From a virus (Duplodnaviria > Caudoviricetes): DNA of 64,000 nucleotides. The position numbers and the translations under genes were made by a program. The notes under the pieces were generated by a model. It saw only the letters and a list, made by a program, of their open reading frames with translations, searched no databases and was not told where the DNA came from. The first letter of the stretch is position 1; each line of letters starts with the position of its first letter. Positions 19,763 to 29,927 of the stretch are shown in pieces. The DNA is taken from the IMG/VR virus record IMGVR_UViG_3300031998_000064, positions 5,533 through 69,532 of that record. One strand, written 5' to 3'.

Positions 19763-20075
19763 CTCCTATTTTGTCAATGATGTTATGGGCTTCAAATATA
19801 TTCTTGCGGAACAACTTGAAGTTACAATCTTTCTTCTTAAATTCGTCAAGCGTTTCCTGCAACTTGATTAACAGCGATATAACAAGAGGATCATATTCAA
19901 ATATCTCATTAAGACTGCCAATATAACGCAGTACGGTATCAAAATAATTTAAGATTACGTCATAATCATAGTCTTTTTCTTTATAGATTAATAACCAATG
20001 AACCTTTTTATGTAATATCACCTTATGCTCTTCGAATTGCTTTTCTGTAAAATTTCCATACTTACCTTTAATCAT
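19713..20075 (-). CDS. Hypothetical phage protein
   Basis: 120 aa coupled ORF. Confidence 0.65.
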   Translation of the reverse strand: MIKGKYGNFTEKQFEEHKVILHKKVHWLLIYKEKDYDYDVILNYFDTVLRYIGSLNEIFEYDPLVISLLIKLQETLDEFKKKDCNFKLFRKNIFEAHNIIDKIGGGRQHDNSAELPKDIG

Positions 20076-20539
20076 GATTCTCCCTCCACATAAGCATTAT
20101 TATAGGAGCCATGATCTCTGATAAAACCGAATAGGTCACTTTTACTTTGCTGTGTCATAGCATGAAGCTGATCCATATGATTGGCTTGTGAAAAATACTT
20201 CTTTTCTCCGCTTCCAAAATATTGTGCTGTGTTTAATAGCGAATTGTATTTCTCACTTGACCACTTCCATGCGACACCTATACCAAACACTTCAGCAACA
20301 AAATCCTTATCGGAATCTTCGTCTTTTAAAGAGTTCTTTAACTCAAAAGATATCGTTTCAATATTCTTATCAAACGACAGAGATGTAAAAAGTTTACGCA
20401 CTCTGGGATTTGATTTGACCGATATCAACCATTCGTTCAACTTCTGCCTTGCCTCTACCTCATCGACCATTACTAAATCATACGCTTGAACTTGAGCCAA
20501 GAATCGTGAGAAGGCGGCATCATAATTGACAGAGAGCAT
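20072..20539 (-). CDS. Putative head-tail adaptor
   Basis: 155 aa helical ORF two genes after the capsid gene; KYFSQANHM motif. Confidence 0.45.
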   Translation of the reverse strand: MLSVNYDAAFSRFLAQVQAYDLVMVDEVEARQKLNEWLISVKSNPRVRKLFTSLSFDKNIETISFELKNSLKDEDSDKDFVAEVFGIGVAWKWSSEKYNSLLNTAQYFGSGEKKYFSQANHMDQLHAMTQQSKSDLFGFIRDHGSYNNAYVEGES

Positions 20540-20554
20540 AACTTACACCATCCT

Positions 20555-21094
20555 TTACGCATCTGCATAACAGTTAAACAGATCTGTCCCCAAAATTTCA
20601 TCAAGAGCTTTAATCTTTGTAATACTATCAAGCGTTTTATCCTGCACTTTTTGAGCCGCAATAGATTTCAAACTATTTTGAATGCCCTTAGGAAGCTTTC
20701 TGACAGTACGTTCAAAAGAAATATTGTCAAGATTAAACATCTTATCAATGTCTTCTTGTGACAATACATTTGCATAAACCTCTGCAATATTTTTGTTTTC
20801 CGGAAGATTTACAAACTCCTCATCCTCAATAATAAAAAGAGGATCAAAGATATAACGGCTCTTACTATACTGAGCGGCCTTAAGATCCTGATACTCAACA
20901 GGAGTCTGATCTCCATAATTAGCCCATGTATAATATCTTCTTGTCTTGCCACCAATCATTATTAATTCGCCTGCAGTACAAGAAGTAGTCATAATCTCTT
21001 CATCCGGTGCATATTTTTTCTTTTCAATTTTTTCAACTTCTACTTTAGGTTCAACAACCTTTTTAACTGTATTTTTTGTCTGCTTAATTGCCAT
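20555..21094 (-). CDS. Hypothetical protein following the major capsid protein
   Basis: 179 aa ORF. Confidence 0.7.
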   Translation of the reverse strand: MAIKQTKNTVKKVVEPKVEVEKIEKKKYAPDEEIMTTSCTAGELIMIGGKTRRYYTWANYGDQTPVEYQDLKAAQYSKSRYIFDPLFIIEDEEFVNLPENKNIAEVYANVLSQEDIDKMFNLDNISFERTVRKLPKGIQNSLKSIAAQKVQDKTLDSITKIKALDEILGTDLFNCYADA

Positions 21095-21119
21095 CGTTTT
21101 ATTCTCCTTTTATTCTTCT

Positions 21120-21156
21120 AAAAAAGAGAGGACGGATGTCTTACCCGTCACTCTCT
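21120..21156 (-). terminator. Terminator after the capsid gene
   Basis: Minus strand AGAGAGTGACGG...CCGTCCTCTCTTTTT. Confidence 0.65.
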
Positions 21157-21171
21157 GAAATGGACATTTTA

Positions 21172-22296
21172 TCAGCCACTAATGCTTGAAGTAATATTCC
21201 AAATACCAAACAGTCTGCTGATAATTACGCCGATACCCATCTTAACCTGATAGCTGTAATCGATTGTGTTATCAGTATTCTGACTGCCATTGCCTTCCTT
21301 AATCTCAGGATCGCCCTCATAGAACACCTTAATAAACTTGTTATCTGCAACAGGCATAATCCAAAGCTTATCATTTGCAACAAGTCTTGTAGTAGTATCA
21401 TTGTCAGCAAATACCTGAGGTATTTCTGCAAGACGAACACCTTCGAACAAGCCTACACGTCCGGTTGTATATCTCTCTTCCTTTTCTTTCTCACTGATCC
21501 AAGAAGTCTCCTTAAGATTTGCAAGCTTAGAAAGAGCAACCTTTGTACCCATAATTACAACATCAGTTCCGTTTACGGTCTTAACATCGTCAATAAGCTG
21601 AACAAGAGTATCCTTTGTAGCGTCAGAAAGAGGGCCTGTCTTAACCCACTGTCCGCCTGCCGGAAGAGAAGAACCTACAGTACTAAGAGTAGCATAGATC
21701 ATTCCAGTAAATTTCTTGTCAAATGCCTCATAAACCTTCTGTACGAATGAAGCCCAATCAACCTTTCCTGCAAGGAAACGCTCAAGCTCCACATAGATAC
21801 CTGCGGCATATTTATTTACCTTTACAGAGAAAGACTGACCTTCGCCCAGTCTCTGCCTATAAATGTTAGTATGATCGTTCGATACCTCAGATACAGAAAG
21901 AATAACTTTATCAGGTGTATAGAACTCGTTTGTATCACCAAGTGCAGCGTTCTTTACCTCAACAAATTCATTGAAGAAAGGATTCTCGCCCCAACCGGTA
22001 ACGATAAGCTTATCAACGATATCTTCAGTTACTTCGAATATATCAATTTTCTTTCTCCTAAAAGCACGTCTAAGTTCCTTACCCTTTGTTCCTACAGGGA
22101 CATCAAGTACTTCGAAGAACTTTTCACGAATTTTATCGTTTGCTTCATTAACAGAAACTTCCTTACCTTCGGTATTGAAAATTCTGCGTCCAAGACCAAG
22201 GTCAGTAGTTAACTGAGTAAATGCTTCAAATGTGAATTTTGCATCACGCTCAAAAACTTCAGCAGTATGCTGATTTGTAAAACTCATCTTTGCCAT
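21172..22296 (-). CDS. Major capsid protein
   Basis: 374 aa, biased high-expression codons, terminator after it, and the canonical position after portal/protease/decoration genes. Confidence 0.75.
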   Translation of the reverse strand: MAKMSFTNQHTAEVFERDAKFTFEAFTQLTTDLGLGRRIFNTEGKEVSVNEANDKIREKFFEVLDVPVGTKGKELRRAFRRKKIDIFEVTEDIVDKLIVTGWGENPFFNEFVEVKNAALGDTNEFYTPDKVILSVSEVSNDHTNIYRQRLGEGQSFSVKVNKYAAGIYVELERFLAGKVDWASFVQKVYEAFDKKFTGMIYATLSTVGSSLPAGGQWVKTGPLSDATKDTLVQLIDDVKTVNGTDVVIMGTKVALSKLANLKETSWISEKEKEERYTTGRVGLFEGVRLAEIPQVFADNDTTTRLVANDKLWIMPVADNKFIKVFYEGDPEIKEGNGSQNTDNTIDYSYQVKMGIGVIISRLFGIWNITSSISG

Positions 22297-22318
22297 TATA
22301 TTATCCTCCTTTCTTAGA

Positions 22319-22798
22319 TTACTGTACCTCTACCTGATACTTTGAAGTGTCAACAGATACAGAAGCCTCAACAGTAGGGGTTCCATCAAAGCCCTCTTCT
22401 GAAAGCTCAAATACATCACCCGGGAACAGAGGATATGCACGTACAATGTCACCATTTGCATTGTAGAATGTGCTTTCTGCACTCATAGGTGTAGTCCAAT
22501 CGTAATATGTAGTAGGTGTGGTAAGTACAAGATAAGCGTTAGCTGCAGTAAGAACTTGTACATAGAAATTGCCGTTAGGTGCTTTCTCCTTTAAAATCTT
22601 ACCTGTAAAAGTAGTAGGTACAGCCATAGCATAAACCTGACCACTGATATTTGCACCTTTACCAATTATGGAACCATTATCAAGGTCTTTTGTGATCTTG
22701 ATGTCAACAGTGCCATGTCCACCGAATCCCTTAGTAGCAGTAAGACTTGTGCTACCAGCTACGGCGTGTTTTACAATATTAATAACACTCTGTGCCAT
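22319..22798 (-). CDS. Head decoration/stabilising protein
   Basis: Likely start MAQSV at 22798; small beta-rich ORF between the scaffold and capsid genes. Confidence 0.5.
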   Translation of the reverse strand: MAQSVINIVKHAVAGSTSLTATKGFGGHGTVDIKITKDLDNGSIIGKGANISGQVYAMAVPTTFTGKILKEKAPNGNFYVQVLTAANAYLVLTTPTTYYDWTTPMSAESTFYNANGDIVRAYPLFPGDVFELSEEGFDGTPTVEASVSVDTSKYQVEVQ

Positions 22799-22811
22799 CG
22801 TATATTCCTCC

Positions 22812-24392
22812 TCAATCAAAAATACCGCCATAAGCGGGAGTAGTTGTGTTGTCATCACTCTTCATCATTTCAAGATGAATCACAGGCTTAAAGCCTGTTT
22901 CAGCTTTCTTCTCAAAGCTGAACTGTTTGCCCTGACGAGCATACTTGCCAACAATTGCGTCAGCCTTTTCAATAATCTGTTCTTTTGAATACTTATCAAT
23001 CTCATCAACTAATGTCTTATATTCATCAGTTTCTTTAATTGAAGCATATTCAGCCATAACCGCCATTCTCTCATTATGAGCAATCTCAAACTCTTTATTA
23101 GCCTTATATTGCTTAAGTTCGGCACACTCGGCCTTAACAGCCTCGAACTCAGCCTTTTCGGCTTCAAGTTTGTCTATCTGCTCTTGAGTAAGATACTTTG
23201 CAAATATTTCAACACGTTCACCATCAAGAGCAAAATTATCGCCCTCACGAGTAAACTTTTGACGGTAATGCTTATCTGTAAAATAACCATGCATTTCGGT
23301 ATATCCATCTTCCTCAAAAGTGTTTGTGAAGAAATAATCTTCATCACCATATGCAGTATTAACCAACTGGAATATCGCATACTCTTTATCAGAAAGGCTT
23401 AACCCAAACTCCTTACGGTCAACAATATCGCCTTTGCCATCAACAATAGCAAAAACCCTTTTCCCGGCATTAATATCGCATTCTGTTGATTCAGGCTCCG
23501 GCTGACTTTCTAATTCAAATGTCTCTGTAAACATCTGTTCAAGATCTTCATCCGAAAGTCCTTCGTATTCAAAAGTTATATCTTCAGCAGTCTTTCCGTA
23601 CTTCTGAAGTAATTCTTCAAACTTGGTCACAGCCGTTCCTCCTTTCTCCAATTTTTGGTAATTGGAGAGTGTATTATTCAGCTTCTCCAAAATCTCAATT
23701 AATTTGTCATCTTTAGAAAACTCAGCCTTAATATCATCAAGGCCAAATTCACTACCAGCCATACCCGGCTGTTTATCAGCACCAAGCAATGTTAAGCCAG
23801 ACACATAATAGTCATCCAAATTAACAACTTTATTCTTTGCATCATAAGAGTATGCTCTTATTGAAAGTTCTACAGAACAATCAACATCGCCTCGTCTATC
23901 AAGGATTTCCATAACATCGCTACAATACTCTGCAAATATATATCCTTTTGTAATAGCTCTGTTAACCTTTGCATCTTCATCATATTCAGATGATGCTCTT
24001 ACGATTGCGCCAACAGGTCTTTCATCATAGACAACTTTTTTCTGACCATCTTCCTCAACAACATGATAATCATGTGCGCCAAAATCAAGCTCGCCATCTT
24101 CATTTTGTACAACGTGTGCAAGAATAGGACGATAGTTAGCGGACGGAAGATTCTTTTGGAATATGTCTTCCTCAATATTGCTTTGATTGAGATTTACATG
24201 GTCATGGAATGCTTTAGCCGTAAAAGGTGCTAATCCTTCTAAATGTTGATTATCATCTTCCTCTTCTTTACTAAAAGTAGCAGGCATTTCGATAACTATC
24301 TCATGACCATCTTTATGGCTGTCGAAGCTGTAGAGTTTATTTTGCTCACAAAATGTAAGCAGGTCTTCTACTGTAAGAATCTTTTTGGCCAT
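22812..24392 (-). CDS. Prohead protease / scaffold fusion
   Basis: Likely start MAKKIL at 24392. HDHVNLNQS...SVELS...GLTLLG...PGM protease-like N-terminal half; acidic coiled-coil C-terminal half. Confidence 0.6.
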   Translation of the reverse strand: MAKKILTVEDLLTFCEQNKLYSFDSHKDGHEIVIEMPATFSKEEEDDNQHLEGLAPFTAKAFHDHVNLNQSNIEEDIFQKNLPSANYRPILAHVVQNEDGELDFGAHDYHVVEEDGQKKVVYDERPVGAIVRASSEYDEDAKVNRAITKGYIFAEYCSDVMEILDRRGDVDCSVELSIRAYSYDAKNKVVNLDDYYVSGLTLLGADKQPGMAGSEFGLDDIKAEFSKDDKLIEILEKLNNTLSNYQKLEKGGTAVTKFEELLQKYGKTAEDITFEYEGLSDEDLEQMFTETFELESQPEPESTECDINAGKRVFAIVDGKGDIVDRKEFGLSLSDKEYAIFQLVNTAYGDEDYFFTNTFEEDGYTEMHGYFTDKHYRQKFTREGDNFALDGERVEIFAKYLTQEQIDKLEAEKAEFEAVKAECAELKQYKANKEFEIAHNERMAVMAEYASIKETDEYKTLVDEIDKYSKEQIIEKADAIVGKYARQGKQFSFEKKAETGFKPVIHLEMMKSDDNTTTPAYGGIFD

Positions 24393-24424
24393 ATGTAAAT
24401 TCCTCCAATTAAAAAACACCTGCA

Positions 24425-25456
24425 TTACAATTCTGCAAGTGTCGTTTCTTTAACTTGTTTGATACCATTCTCGTCAAAATACTGTCCGATCTTATCATCG
24501 GCAGATATATCAGTATACAGATTTACCATATCAGCAGATTCCCAACCAATAAGTTCCTGAACAACATCTGTAGGAATATTGTTCTTTCTGAACTCTGTTG
24601 TTGCATAATGTCTTATACTATGCCAATAAAAATCCCTGCCTGTTAATTTAGTAAACCATTCAGCCCACGTATCAAAGGTATCAACTGATACGTGTTCATT
24701 CATATCTGTAAGTTTAGGAAAGAGCCATTCGCTCTCTATACCTTTTTCCTTACGCTCATCCATCCATAATTTTAAATATGGATCGAAAGATTTTTTTAAT
24801 ACATAAAGATATAAAAGTTTTCCGTTAACGCCTCTGCCTTTAGTAACAACCTTTTCGGGCGTTTTATATAAAGAACCATGAATCACATTATCATCTGTGA
24901 AATATGAAACCTTAAACCTTGTCAGTTCCGACTTTCTTCGGGCAGAACTCATTGCAAGGCTTAAAGCACACGCAGCCTCATACTTCTTTGACTCAACAAG
25001 CTTATCAAGCAATTGCTGAAGTTCTTCAGGTTCAAACACGGTTTTTTCACGCACCGGAGTATCAACCGGAGATTCTATCTTTCTTATTACAGAACGATAG
25101 TCTTTAAATTCCTCTTCCTCATCCAATATGTTTTCAATAAAGTTTGAAAGAGAGGAGAGCGTTGCCTTAACACGTCGGATTCTTTTAGGACTCCATTGCC
25201 ATTCATTTAAAGCATTATTCTGAAATTTTGCAAACTCTCTTTTAGTAATCTTGATAAATGGTTTATTATCATTATAGTCAAAATTCCAACAAAAGAATAT
25301 ATTCAGGTCATTACCATATTGATCAATGGTAGTCGCAGCTTTACCGACAGATTTTAAATATTCAGTAAATTCCTTTTTTAGAAATTTATTTTGAGCATCA
25401 ATCTTATCTAAAGAATCTTTAGAACAGATTGTATTATAAACTGTTGTTCTTGCCAT
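24425..25456 (-). CDS. Tyrosine recombinase (XerC/integrase family)
   Basis: SSARRKSEL (R), TKGRG (K), WHSIRHY (HxxR), IGWES and VNLYT (Y). Confidence 0.85.
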   Translation of the reverse strand: MARTTVYNTICSKDSLDKIDAQNKFLKKEFTEYLKSVGKAATTIDQYGNDLNIFFCWNFDYNDNKPFIKITKREFAKFQNNALNEWQWSPKRIRRVKATLSSLSNFIENILDEEEEFKDYRSVIRKIESPVDTPVREKTVFEPEELQQLLDKLVESKKYEAACALSLAMSSARRKSELTRFKVSYFTDDNVIHGSLYKTPEKVVTKGRGVNGKLLYLYVLKKSFDPYLKLWMDERKEKGIESEWLFPKLTDMNEHVSVDTFDTWAEWFTKLTGRDFYWHSIRHYATTEFRKNNIPTDVVQELIGWESADMVNLYTDISADDKIGQYFDENGIKQVKETTLAEL

Positions 25457-25463
25457 CCTTATA

Positions 25464-26963
25464 TCACCCCTTATCTCGGCTTTTATCACCTTCATCAGAG
25501 AGATCTTCAGGATTCGTTACAGTAGGTCTGCCCGCATCTTCACTACTTTGTGTATTAGCACTCTGAGGTGGCTTAAACAGATTATTGATATCAAGCATAT
25601 CATTAAGCCTCGCCATTGAAACACTTTCAACTTCACTAAATCCATTTAAGATATTAATAGTTAACGGAACAGGCGCACCATATTGATAATCTTTCTGTAG
25701 ACTCTCTTTATACAGATTCTTTGTATAAGGAGATATTGGCAGAAGTTTAATCCTACAATTATTCTTTTTCTCGAAATTAACCAAACGGTTAAGATTATTC
25801 TCAACCTGTGGTCTTATCAATCTTGCGCCATATTCAGTATCAGATATAAGAACACTAAGCCATCCGATAGTTGTTGAAATATTCAAGCTGTTAAGTATTT
25901 GTGCGCCACCCGAACTATTATATAAATTCTTTGTTGCATTCTCAATAATATTAACATCAGCAGCTTGATCCTTCTCAAAAGCTATAGGCTCAATCTTTAC
26001 CGGGCTTATAAACGCACCAACATATTTAGGTAACGCTTCGCAAGCCCTATCATAATATTCATTGACTGTAGCCATATCAACCTTAAAGTCATCCGGCTCA
26101 TCACCTTTGGTATCATTGAAGAAGTTCAAAAGCTTATAAACCGAAGCTTCATCTTTATCTGCCTGCAAATCTTCTGTATCAGCAAGATTAATAATACTGT
26201 TAAATAACGGTACATAGGGTGGGAGAGGCATAGTAGGATCATCAATATTAACTTTGATAACATACGCCCTATCGTCATCCATGTGCATCCAACGGTTATT
26301 ACGAGTATCCTTTTGGTACTCATTATACAAACGAGTAAAAGGTTCGCCATACATCTCAAGCAAATCTTGTCGAGAATCAAAGTATGACATATCCATAGCA
26401 AAACCTAATGTTCCGTCAGCGTATATTGTATCAACATATGCATAATTATACGGAATAGGCAATATGAATATACCTTCGTCATCTGAATACCATACACCAA
26501 ATGCTGTATCTTCACGCCATGCTATAATTGACATCTTGGTTATCTCGGCCTGAATATTAGAACGTTCCAAAATATTACAAGTTGCCCAATAATCTTTTAG
26601 CGTCTTAGCTTTATCTTTACTTTTCTTTGTCATATCCATGATAGGAATAACCTGACGTAAATTAACATCAACCATCTGTGCGTTATAATGTATAAGCTTC
26701 TTATACGGATGTGATCTCGTATATAAAAAACGGCTTAACTCTATAAGCTGTTTATAGTTAGCCGCCGGATTCTTAAGATACTGTCTTAACTTCTCTCTGT
26801 TAAAAGTTGTATAAGTTCGGGTTTCCGCTTTCTTGGGATCCCAAACCCTCATTGCTTCTTGTGTCTTTGCGAAATTTTCGATAGCGGTATGATTTTTATT
26901 ATACCACTCTCTTAATTCAGTTACGGAAGTGCCCGACTTGGCACTGTTTTGTTTTGTTGCCAT
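25464..26963 (-). CDS. Portal protein
   Basis: 499 aa directly after the large terminase gene; acidic disordered C-terminus. Confidence 0.7.
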   Translation of the reverse strand: MATKQNSAKSGTSVTELREWYNKNHTAIENFAKTQEAMRVWDPKKAETRTYTTFNREKLRQYLKNPAANYKQLIELSRFLYTRSHPYKKLIHYNAQMVDVNLRQVIPIMDMTKKSKDKAKTLKDYWATCNILERSNIQAEITKMSIIAWREDTAFGVWYSDDEGIFILPIPYNYAYVDTIYADGTLGFAMDMSYFDSRQDLLEMYGEPFTRLYNEYQKDTRNNRWMHMDDDRAYVIKVNIDDPTMPLPPYVPLFNSIINLADTEDLQADKDEASVYKLLNFFNDTKGDEPDDFKVDMATVNEYYDRACEALPKYVGAFISPVKIEPIAFEKDQAADVNIIENATKNLYNSSGGAQILNSLNISTTIGWLSVLISDTEYGARLIRPQVENNLNRLVNFEKKNNCRIKLLPISPYTKNLYKESLQKDYQYGAPVPLTINILNGFSEVESVSMARLNDMLDINNLFKPPQSANTQSSEDAGRPTVTNPEDLSDEGDKSRDKG

Positions 26964-26977
26964 TTACGGCTCCTCCT

Positions 26978-28738
26978 TTATGCCAGTAAACCATATCGTC
27001 TTAACTGCGGCTTACGTATTTTGAATTTATCAACGATGTTACCTGTGTTTTGATTTTTAGGTTTAAGGTTTTTGCTCAACTCTTGTATAACCCAATAACC
27101 ATATTCAAATGAAGAATATCTATCCTTACGCATTCCTGTCTTTTCGTGAACTTTAATAAGATTATTAGACATCTCATGTTCAAGGTTAATCATCTCATTT
27201 ATAAGAAATGTAGTCTGAATATACGGAAGTTTAATTTGCGTCTGCATATTATCTGTTAACTTTTTATAATGATTAATCATACTTGGCAATTGTGACTCAA
27301 TAGTATCTTCACTCTTTAATAAGTTAACATATCCATTTTGGATACCATTTCTAAGTGCAAGCAACATAGCACTATTTGATTGTGCCGTTGCTTTGATTGC
27401 CCAAATTGCCTTTGCTGCACCTTTTACCTTACAACGTTCTGCCATTTCTGCATTATTGCAACAACTAAGAGCAGGATATGTTGTTCCATACATAGGATCA
27501 TATCTGTCCGTCATAAGAAAATCATATACACCGCTTCCCGCACCTACACAATCCAGTGCAATATAATCACAATTATATTGATAATAAAATCGCATAATCA
27601 ATAATCCCAACTCATCAGTAATTAATCCTTCTTGTGTTTCAATATATACAATATTATCCATATATCTATGTGAACTTGTAGGTATTGCTGAATGAATAAT
27701 AAGTGCAGAAGCATCATTATCGTGTTTTCGTGATGCCATAAGAGCAACGTCCACAGATAACACTCTTAGTTCGCCCTTTTTCTTTTCGGGAATCTTTACG
27801 TTATTAATACGATAGTATTCAAGTGGTAGAAGAGCATCGTTTAAAATTCTTCGCTCATCCATCATTTTATAAGTGAACAATGCATCTTCAGCACTACCGT
27901 AAAACAGGCCAAGTCTTTCCATAGCGTAATTTACTTCGTTGAAAGTTACATCAGCCATTTCGTTTTCTATTGTTTGTCGCATTAATAATCCTTCTCTAAT
28001 TGAAAGCATATACGGCAAATCACACACAAAAAATTTTAAATTAGGATCAAGCATATTAGCAAAATATGATTTTACTTTTTCAAACATTTCCGATTGTGCA
28101 TAAAAGGCTGAAGACATATGTATTTCTTTATTGACTTCTTGTAAATGAGCATATTCCGGCTTATCAAGATATCCGGGTTGTCTTGGCGTGCCACACATAG
28201 GTCGTAATGCACTTGCAACAATTCTATCAGGAACCATTCTAGACTCATCAATAATTAAAATATTTGCTCGTCCGCCTCTTGCCGAATCCGATGCAACAAC
28301 AACTTCAATACTTGAACCACACTTAAATTCTATCAGACAATTATTATCACCTGTCGAAAATCTTTTTATCTCTGCACAAAGTAATGGACTTTCATGCATA
28401 AGCTCATCGGTAATTTTTTTAACTACAAACTTTGCCTGTTTGAAAGTTGCACTCGCAACCTTTATTTTTGTCTTTGGAAATAACAAACATCTAATAACAC
28501 AAAAAATAGCTACTAAATATGTTTTTCCTTGAGATCTTGCGGCGACATAATAAAAATTATCAAAATGCATCATGCACCACAATAATATTTTTTGAAACCA
28601 CTTCAGTTTTATATTTAAATAATCAGCAGCAAATCTTTGTGGATTTGCTCTATAATATGCCGCTCTCCATGCAATAGTGTTCATAATCTTTGTCGTTTTA
28701 TCTTCTTGCAATTGGCGATCTGACTTTTTTACAGTCAT
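26978..28738 (-). CDS. Terminase large subunit
   Basis: Walker A AARSQGKT, Walker B ILIIDESR, nuclease VLSVDVA and RKDRYSS. Confidence 0.9.
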   Translation of the reverse strand: MTVKKSDRQLQEDKTTKIMNTIAWRAAYYRANPQRFAADYLNIKLKWFQKILLWCMMHFDNFYYVAARSQGKTYLVAIFCVIRCLLFPKTKIKVASATFKQAKFVVKKITDELMHESPLLCAEIKRFSTGDNNCLIEFKCGSSIEVVVASDSARGGRANILIIDESRMVPDRIVASALRPMCGTPRQPGYLDKPEYAHLQEVNKEIHMSSAFYAQSEMFEKVKSYFANMLDPNLKFFVCDLPYMLSIREGLLMRQTIENEMADVTFNEVNYAMERLGLFYGSAEDALFTYKMMDERRILNDALLPLEYYRINNVKIPEKKKGELRVLSVDVALMASRKHDNDASALIIHSAIPTSSHRYMDNIVYIETQEGLITDELGLLIMRFYYQYNCDYIALDCVGAGSGVYDFLMTDRYDPMYGTTYPALSCCNNAEMAERCKVKGAAKAIWAIKATAQSNSAMLLALRNGIQNGYVNLLKSEDTIESQLPSMINHYKKLTDNMQTQIKLPYIQTTFLINEMINLEHEMSNNLIKVHEKTGMRKDRYSSFEYGYWVIQELSKNLKPKNQNTGNIVDKFKIRKPQLRRYGLLA

Positions 28739-28740
28739 TA

Positions 28741-29787
28741 TTAATCACCTTCCTTACCAAAGATACGAGCGTAATTATCTTCGTTTAACGCTTCAGTTGT
28801 TTCACTAAGCGGTTGAACTTCAAGTTGTCTAGCCTCTTTTTCATATTCTGCTGTATAAACATTTTTAATTCCTAAAGCTAAAGCAATCCAACCAAAGAAT
28901 ACCTTTAATAAATGCCATATACCATCCACATCTTTAAATTCAGGATCAGCTTCCGGCACAGGTTTAGTATCCTCCCATTGCTCTAACAATTCTGAAAACG
29001 TATAAGCATCGCTAATACCATTGCCAACATTTTGTTTTGGTTGAAGTTTTGCACTTGCCATAAATGAATCAAGAGCCGCCAACTTCTTGGTAACGTCTTT
29101 GCCAGCTTTTCTGTCTTTATCTATCTCAAGCAACTGCTGACATATTTGAGTAACATATATTTCTTGTGACTTACTATCAACCTGAGTCCTTGCTCTAAAA
29201 TCATCAAACTGATCTTGAAGAAACAAGTAGTCACCCTCAGTATATCCTGCGCCAAAAAGCTTCTTTATTTCACGCCTTGCTTTGCGATTAGTTTCAAATT
29301 CATACCCAAGATCATTTTCACTGCCAAATGAACTATCTGAAAAACGCATCTGTTTAAACTGCGGTAAACTTAATACCGAAGCTAACATTTGCTGATAGGC
29401 AGTTTTACCTCTTGAGACTTCACTATTTTTTATACTATCAAGACAAGTCTTATACATCTCTTCAAAAAATGGAATATCAAGCATACTGAATACACGAATA
29501 GTTTTTGTACGATTATCAATCCTTCGCTTAACCTTAGCATCATAATCCGTTGCTAAATCTAATAAACACTCTTTACATATTGGGAAGAACCCCATAGAGA
29601 AATTCTCATTCTTATAAAACTTGTCAACGTTATACCATTCTCCACATACGGGACAACGATATATTTCCCCCTGCAAAATTGAAGTCATCTGATGAGCCAA
29701 CTCAATATAATTCTTACGAGCTGATTCAACACCCAATCTCTTTACAGAGGAGTCCGGTTTTGGAAGCAATAACTTCAATCTTCTCAC
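28741..29787 (-). CDS. Zinc-finger protein upstream of TerL (possible small terminase-like protein)
   Basis: CPVCG...FYK...PICKEC; FLQDQFDDF...DSKSQEIYVTQIC; position upstream of TerL. Confidence 0.5.
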   Translation of the reverse strand: MRRLKLLLPKPDSSVKRLGVESARKNYIELAHQMTSILQGEIYRCPVCGEWYNVDKFYKNENFSMGFFPICKECLLDLATDYDAKVKRRIDNRTKTIRVFSMLDIPFFEEMYKTCLDSIKNSEVSRGKTAYQQMLASVLSLPQFKQMRFSDSSFGSENDLGYEFETNRKARREIKKLFGAGYTEGDYLFLQDQFDDFRARTQVDSKSQEIYVTQICQQLLEIDKDRKAGKDVTKKLAALDSFMASAKLQPKQNVGNGISDAYTFSELLEQWEDTKPVPEADPEFKDVDGIWHLLKVFFGWIALALGIKNVYTAEYEKEARQLEVQPLSETTEALNEDNYARIFGKEGD

Positions 29788-29804
29788 TCCTTTTAATTCA
29801 ATTT

Positions 29805-29832
29805 AAAAAGGGTAGGAGAGCACCTACCCTTT
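29805..29832 (-). terminator. Intrinsic terminator
   Basis: Minus strand AAAGGGTAGG-TGCTCT-CCTACCCTTTTT. Confidence 0.65.
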
Positions 29833-29927
29833 AACGGATAACAAATTCGGTGGTTATCCTCACCGTTAAAATATAAGCCGAGCGATCAACTTCGGCGTGA
29901 AGGGTTTACGCTTAAACCCTTGTTGTC

